This document shows positions 60,376-64,000 of a stretch of DNA of 64,000 nucleotides, in pieces. Position 1 is the first letter of the stretch; each line of letters starts with the position of its first letter. Source of the stretch: Clostridia bacterium (GTDB taxonomy: Bacteria; Bacillota; Clostridia; Christensenellales; CAG-138); contig JAFWOT010000012.1 in the NCBI GenBank assembly GCA_017509785.1, positions 1,544 to 65,543 of the forward strand. The letters are read 5' to 3'. Position numbers and translations under genes: made by a program. The notes beneath the pieces are model-generated. The model saw only the letters and a list, made by a program, of their open reading frames with translations. It did no database searches and was not told the origin of the DNA.

Positions 60376-60719
60376 TCGCCGCGTGCCGGTTGGAAGGCAG
60401 CCGGCAGTGCTATCCGTTCGGCCGGGCGTGCCGCAGATCGGCCGGGTACTTGACATCATCCGCAGTGAAAGAAGCGTAAGGCGCAGAACGATCAAGGGTG
60501 AGCTGTACCACGTCGCGCTCTACACGGATGCGTCCGGAAATGACATGCATTTCATCTTCGGAGGTGGCAGTTGGACAACAGCACCGGCGGACAAACCTCT
60601 GAAGGAGTGCTTGCCAGTAAAAGGGTAAGCGGAGTGATGAAAGCAAGCGGAACTGAATCGTTTACAAAAAAAGTCGCTTAATCATATCGATAAATCGGAG
60701 CTTGTAAGGAGGCGATAAT

Positions 60720-61067
60720 GTGGATGGCTGTAACGAGGATTTTTGGAAAGCACTTGATGAATTGGTAAATAAATCGGAAATCGTGATCGACAGGCCAAGA
60801 GGCTCTGCCCATCCCAGATTCCCGAACTTCATCTATAATGTCGACAATGGATATTTGAAAGATACTGCCTCTATGGATGGTGCGGGAATTGATGTATGGG
60901 TTGGAAGCGGTGATAAAAAGATCGATGCCATCATGTGTATCGTTGATTTGATGAAGAGAGATTCAGAGATCAAAATACTGGTAGGCTGTACGGAAGAAGA
61001 AAAGCTGGAAGTCTACAAAACACATAACGAAACGCAGTATATGAAAGGCGTTTTGATACGTCGTTAA
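60720..61067 (+). CDS. Inorganic-pyrophosphatase-like small protein
   Basis: DRPRGSAHPRFPNFIYNVDNGYLKDTASMDGAGIDVWV resembles the PPase family core. GTG start lies 7 nt after AAGGAGG. Confidence 0.5.
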   Translation: MDGCNEDFWKALDELVNKSEIVIDRPRGSAHPRFPNFIYNVDNGYLKDTASMDGAGIDVWVGSGDKKIDAIMCIVDLMKRDSEIKILVGCTEEEKLEVYKTHNETQYMKGVLIRR

Positions 61068-61262
61068 ATTCCAGTTTAGAGAACTGAATCTTTGGCGTGC
61101 TTTTCGCAAGTTTACCCTTAAATAGTGCATCTTTTATATGAACACTACAACAACAAAGGCGCCCACAGGGGTGCTTTTGTTATTATGCGAATGGTTATGT
61201 TTACACGGCAGGGATGGCGTGCTATAATCATATCGACAAATCGGTATTTATAGGGGGCAAGC

Positions 61263-61787
61263 ATGATGCTGGAATTACTGAAAGTGAGATTTTCAGAACA
61301 AAAGGAACTTCATCCGGATTTGGAATGGTCTGAGGTGGAGCAGAGGCTGCGCGATTTTCCTGCTGCCATCACGATTTTGCAAAAAATGGAGGAAACCGGC
61401 GGTGAACCTGACACCATAGGGTATGACGTAAAGACGGGAAAACTCATTTTCTGCGACTGCGCAAAGGAATCGCCCGTCGGGCGAAGAAGCCTGTGCTATG
61501 ATGAAAAGGCGTTGCATAGCCGCGCTAAAAACCCGCCGTCAAGCAGCGCCGAGCGGAAAGCGAAAGAGATCGGCATATCGATGATGACGGAGGAACTCTA
61601 TCGTCGACTGCAAAGTCTCGGTTCATTTGATTTGAAAACGTCAAGCTGGATCGCTACGCCGGAGGATATCCGCAGCAAGGGCGGCGCGTTGTTCTGCGAA
61701 CGGCGCTATGATACCGTTTTTACTTTTCACAACGGAGCGGATTCCTACTATTCTGTGCGCGGATTCAGAGGGTATATTCTTGTCTGA
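61263..61787 (+). CDS. DUF4256-family protein
   Basis: MEETGGEPDTIGYD...FCDCAKESPVGRRSLCYD...KTSSWIATPEDIRSKGGALFCERRY...HNGADSYYSVRGFRG matches my memory of DUF4256. Confidence 0.6.
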   Translation: MMLELLKVRFSEQKELHPDLEWSEVEQRLRDFPAAITILQKMEETGGEPDTIGYDVKTGKLIFCDCAKESPVGRRSLCYDEKALHSRAKNPPSSSAERKAKEIGISMMTEELYRRLQSLGSFDLKTSSWIATPEDIRSKGGALFCERRYDTVFTFHNGADSYYSVRGFRGYILV

Positions 61788-62028
61788 ACACCGGACTCAA
61801 CGATAAAACCCCTGCAATTTATGGGACTTAAACATTGACAAATTCCAGTTTGTCGATGTACAGACGGCATTTTATGCCTACCTTAAAAGGATTATCGTAC
61901 CGATTGCCGACCTTTGACATCATAGAGACCTCTTTTGTCTTACGCTTCAAAAGAGGTTTTCTTGTTGTTCTAACCGCGTGAATATGGTATAATCATCTCA
62001 ACAAATCGAGAGCTGCGGAGGATAAAAC

Positions 62029-63468
62029 ATGTTTATCGTCGATTATAATGACCTCAGTCTGTCTTTCAACGAATTTCACGATCTGTCCGACAACGACACG
62101 CCGCAGTACGGGGAATACTGCCTGCTTGAGCTGAAGAACGGCGATCACACCGCGGGAGAATGGCACCCGTCGGGGGACGAACGCAAAGCTTCGGGCATGT
62201 TCATACGCGGCACCGCCGACGCTGTTGATTCGGAAGAGGTGGCAAGATGGCACTCTCTCGACCGTTATGACCTGACCGAGAGCCTTGAAGAAGAAGGCGT
62301 CAACTGGATAAACATAGGCCGCGAAGAGGAAGAGGGCGACCGCAACGTTCAGTTTGAAGGCTTTAAGTCGTTTGCCGAAAAAAAGAAGCCGAAAGAGGAG
62401 CAGTTCTGCCTTTTGATAATGAAGGACGGAAGCCTGGCTGCGGGCCGATGGAACAAGTGGCGGCACGAGGCCGGAGGGGCGTTTATCTACTCTTCTGCGC
62501 TGGCGAGCCACAGCTGGGACAAGGTTTGGGCGTGGACGCCGCTGAGCGTCGATGAATTCTTTGCGATGGAGCTCGAGCGGGAGAATGAGAAAAAGCGCGA
62601 AAAGAAGCTGAATAAAAACCCGCAGGCGGATCCGGAGCTGTTCAAATACGGTATGGATATCAGCGTGTATTATGAAAAAGCGCTGGAAAAGCTGCGCGGG
62701 GAATTCAACTGGGCAACGCTTGCGATGATGAAAAAGAAGACCCCCGTCTGGCAGATCGCGCCCCTGCACGGAAAATACGTTTTCGGTCAGATAGAAAAAA
62801 ACTATTATGATGATTCGGACATTGTTACCCCGTGGACGGATGGCACGACCGCGGACGAGTTCATAGATTTTCTGTGCGGCTATACGCACGATGCCGTCGC
62901 GCACTCGAACCCGGAAGAGAGATTCAAATTCGGTACGGACGTGAATGTCTACCTTGAAAAGGCCTTCCAAAACGTCAAAAAGGATTACCGGTGGCTCGAC
63001 AAAAAGATGCTCAGCAAGACCTGGCAGTATGATATCCGGAGGGTCGACGGAGACCTTGAATTTGTCAGAAGGTATTGGAATGAGAGCGAATTCTCCGTGT
63101 ATGACGTCGAAAGCGCGGAGCAGTTTATAGAATGGGTGGAGGCCGACTATCAGCAGACGGCGCTTCGGGCCAACAAAACCACGGCATGCTATGAGCCGCA
63201 TTTCGGTCATATCGAGTTGTACGGCTGGAATCTCGAAAGATACGTTTTCCACAAGCTGCAGTCGGGCGACTATATGGTGAGCGTAACGGCCGGGAACCGC
63301 ACGACCGGAGGCAGCAGGGACTTCTTCATAACGCCGGACTGCTTCGAGGCGAAGACCTACGAGGAGTTCCTTGAACGATATCTGAAGATCGTTCCCGCAC
63401 ACTCCTTCGGGCTCGGCAAAAAGGAACTTCTGCCCGATAAGGATCTGAAGAAATTCCTCGGTTATTGA
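62029..63468 (+). CDS. Hypothetical protein (479 aa)
   Basis: RBS GGAGG lies 8 nt upstream. The amino-acid composition looks normal. The longer opposite-strand ORF (61993-63600) is Arg/Leu/Pro-rich and looks like a shadow frame. Confidence 0.55.
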   Translation: MFIVDYNDLSLSFNEFHDLSDNDTPQYGEYCLLELKNGDHTAGEWHPSGDERKASGMFIRGTADAVDSEEVARWHSLDRYDLTESLEEEGVNWINIGREEEEGDRNVQFEGFKSFAEKKKPKEEQFCLLIMKDGSLAAGRWNKWRHEAGGAFIYSSALASHSWDKVWAWTPLSVDEFFAMELERENEKKREKKLNKNPQADPELFKYGMDISVYYEKALEKLRGEFNWATLAMMKKKTPVWQIAPLHGKYVFGQIEKNYYDDSDIVTPWTDGTTADEFIDFLCGYTHDAVAHSNPEERFKFGTDVNVYLEKAFQNVKKDYRWLDKKMLSKTWQYDIRRVDGDLEFVRRYWNESEFSVYDVESAEQFIEWVEADYQQTALRANKTTACYEPHFGHIELYGWNLERYVFHKLQSGDYMVSVTAGNRTTGGSRDFFITPDCFEAKTYEEFLERYLKIVPAHSFGLGKKELLPDKDLKKFLGY

Positions 63469-63671
63469 AACATCGATACGATATCGACCGGGGATCTGCC
63501 CGTGATAAACGGCGTCCTTGAGCAAAAGGACGGGTGAGCCCGGCCGACCTGAAGGGGCGTATCCGACAACCGCGGCGCAAACGAACAGAACGGGCTCCAA
63601 ACGTGCTTAAAGCCGCGTGCGGACGCCCGAAGCCGAACCGTTATAATTATATCCGCCCGGACGGCGGCGCA

Positions 63672-64000
63672 TTACGCGCGGACCTTCCGGCACTTTTTTA
63701 TCAGGAAGAAAACGAGATAGAAGACCGCGATATAGACGAGCAGCAGCAGTACGACGAGAAGCGGATAGAGCACCGGGCTGCCGGAAACGAGCCCGTAGAG
63801 AAGGTCGTATGGGGTGCCGTCTCCGCGGACGAGGAACATATAGTTGTAATCGAGGAGCTTGTTCGCCGCGAACGCTGCCGCGCAGAAGAAGATCATTATC
63901 GAAAACGTGACGGGTATATTGCGCCTGTTCATGCTCGCCATGCGGGATACGCCGATGTAGATCGAGCAGAATCCGGCGATCGAGTGCGTGATTCCCGAAG
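63672..64000 (-). CDS. Integral membrane protein, N-terminus outside the window (possibly YwaF/TIGR02206-like)
   Basis: The reverse frame stays open to the window edge (…SGITHSIAGFCSIYIGVSRMASMNRR…). The C-terminus is hydrophobic. Confidence 0.45.
   Translation of the reverse strand, partial: SGITHSIAGFCSIYIGVSRMASMNRRNIPVTFSIMIFFCAAAFAANKLLDYNYMFLVRGDGTPYDLLYGLVSGSPVLYPLLVVLLLLVYIAVFYLVFFLIKKCRKVRA

Noticed and set aside
58975-60615. 43-bp near-identical direct repeats (58975-59017 and 60573-60615, two mismatches) flanking the transglutaminase-like gene.
   Set aside because: Both copies read as the same protein C-terminus (…TTAPADKPLKECLPV…) on the + strand. Each lacks an upstream start or RBS. 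The best explanation is remnants of paralogous gene 3' ends. No terminal inverted repeats, target duplication or transposase are present to support a mobile element.

Overview
The window joins two very different regions. There is no rRNA and no CRISPR array.

**Positions 1 to ~37.5 kb: right-hand part of an integrative conjugative/mobilisable element (ICE).** Nearly every gene is on the + strand. The left end lies outside the window.
- Transfer/processing module: topoisomerase III, an ArdC-like protein, a TTRAP protein, MobC and a relaxase.
- A SymE-like toxin.
- A visibly AT-richer cargo island (~6.4-27.9 kb), described below.
- A LexA-like / ImmA / Y-family polymerase / YolD cassette. It sits behind a promoter that contains a near-consensus Firmicutes SOS box.
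- An XRE regulator, a ParB-fold protein, a MazF toxin, an excisionase-like helix-turn-helix (HTH) protein and two tandem paralogous tyrosine integrases.

**Cargo island, system 1: an unusual type I restriction-modification (R-M) locus.**
- The first hsdM is fused in frame to an ADP-ribosylglycohydrolase domain.
- A second hsdM paralogue follows, then hsdS, a tyrosine recombinase, two start-less hsdS half-cassettes and hsdR.
- Both half-cassettes lie in direct orientation to hsdS, not the usual inverted orientation.

**Cargo island, system 2: an operon led by a WYL-domain regulator.**
- It encodes an unknown 409-aa protein, a two-HxK phospholipase D (PLD) family nuclease and a 1465-aa SNF2-type helicase.
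- The helicase has a long C-terminal extension that ends in a PcrA/UvrD-like Tudor motif.
- A Cas4-like Fe-S nuclease, a small PD-(D/E)xK-like protein and a Nudix hydrolase follow.
- I consider this operon and the ADP-ribosylglycohydrolase-HsdM fusion the best candidates for an undescribed or poorly described defence system.

**Positions ~37.5-64 kb: G+C-richer chromosome typical of Clostridia.**
- Genes: alpha/beta hydrolase, a dockerin protein, a lipoprotein, a serpin, uvrC, a Cof-type HAD hydrolase, a ROK kinase, recX, a BirA-NAD(P)HX dehydratase fusion, 5-formyl-THF cyclo-ligase, rsmD, coaD, ylbJ-like, tmcAL, pta, ackA, DUF177 and rpmF.
- A seven-gene tRNA operon follows (Pro, Glu, CAT, Asp, Thr, Tyr, Leu).
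- The 3' ends of tRNA-Tyr and tRNA-Leu are reiterated downstream. The tRNA-Tyr end appears as a 61-bp duplicate. The tRNA-Leu end appears in a 3-unit tandem array of 147-161 bp.

**Limits.** All calls rest on reading motifs in the supplied translations and on manual inspection of the DNA. No database search was possible.
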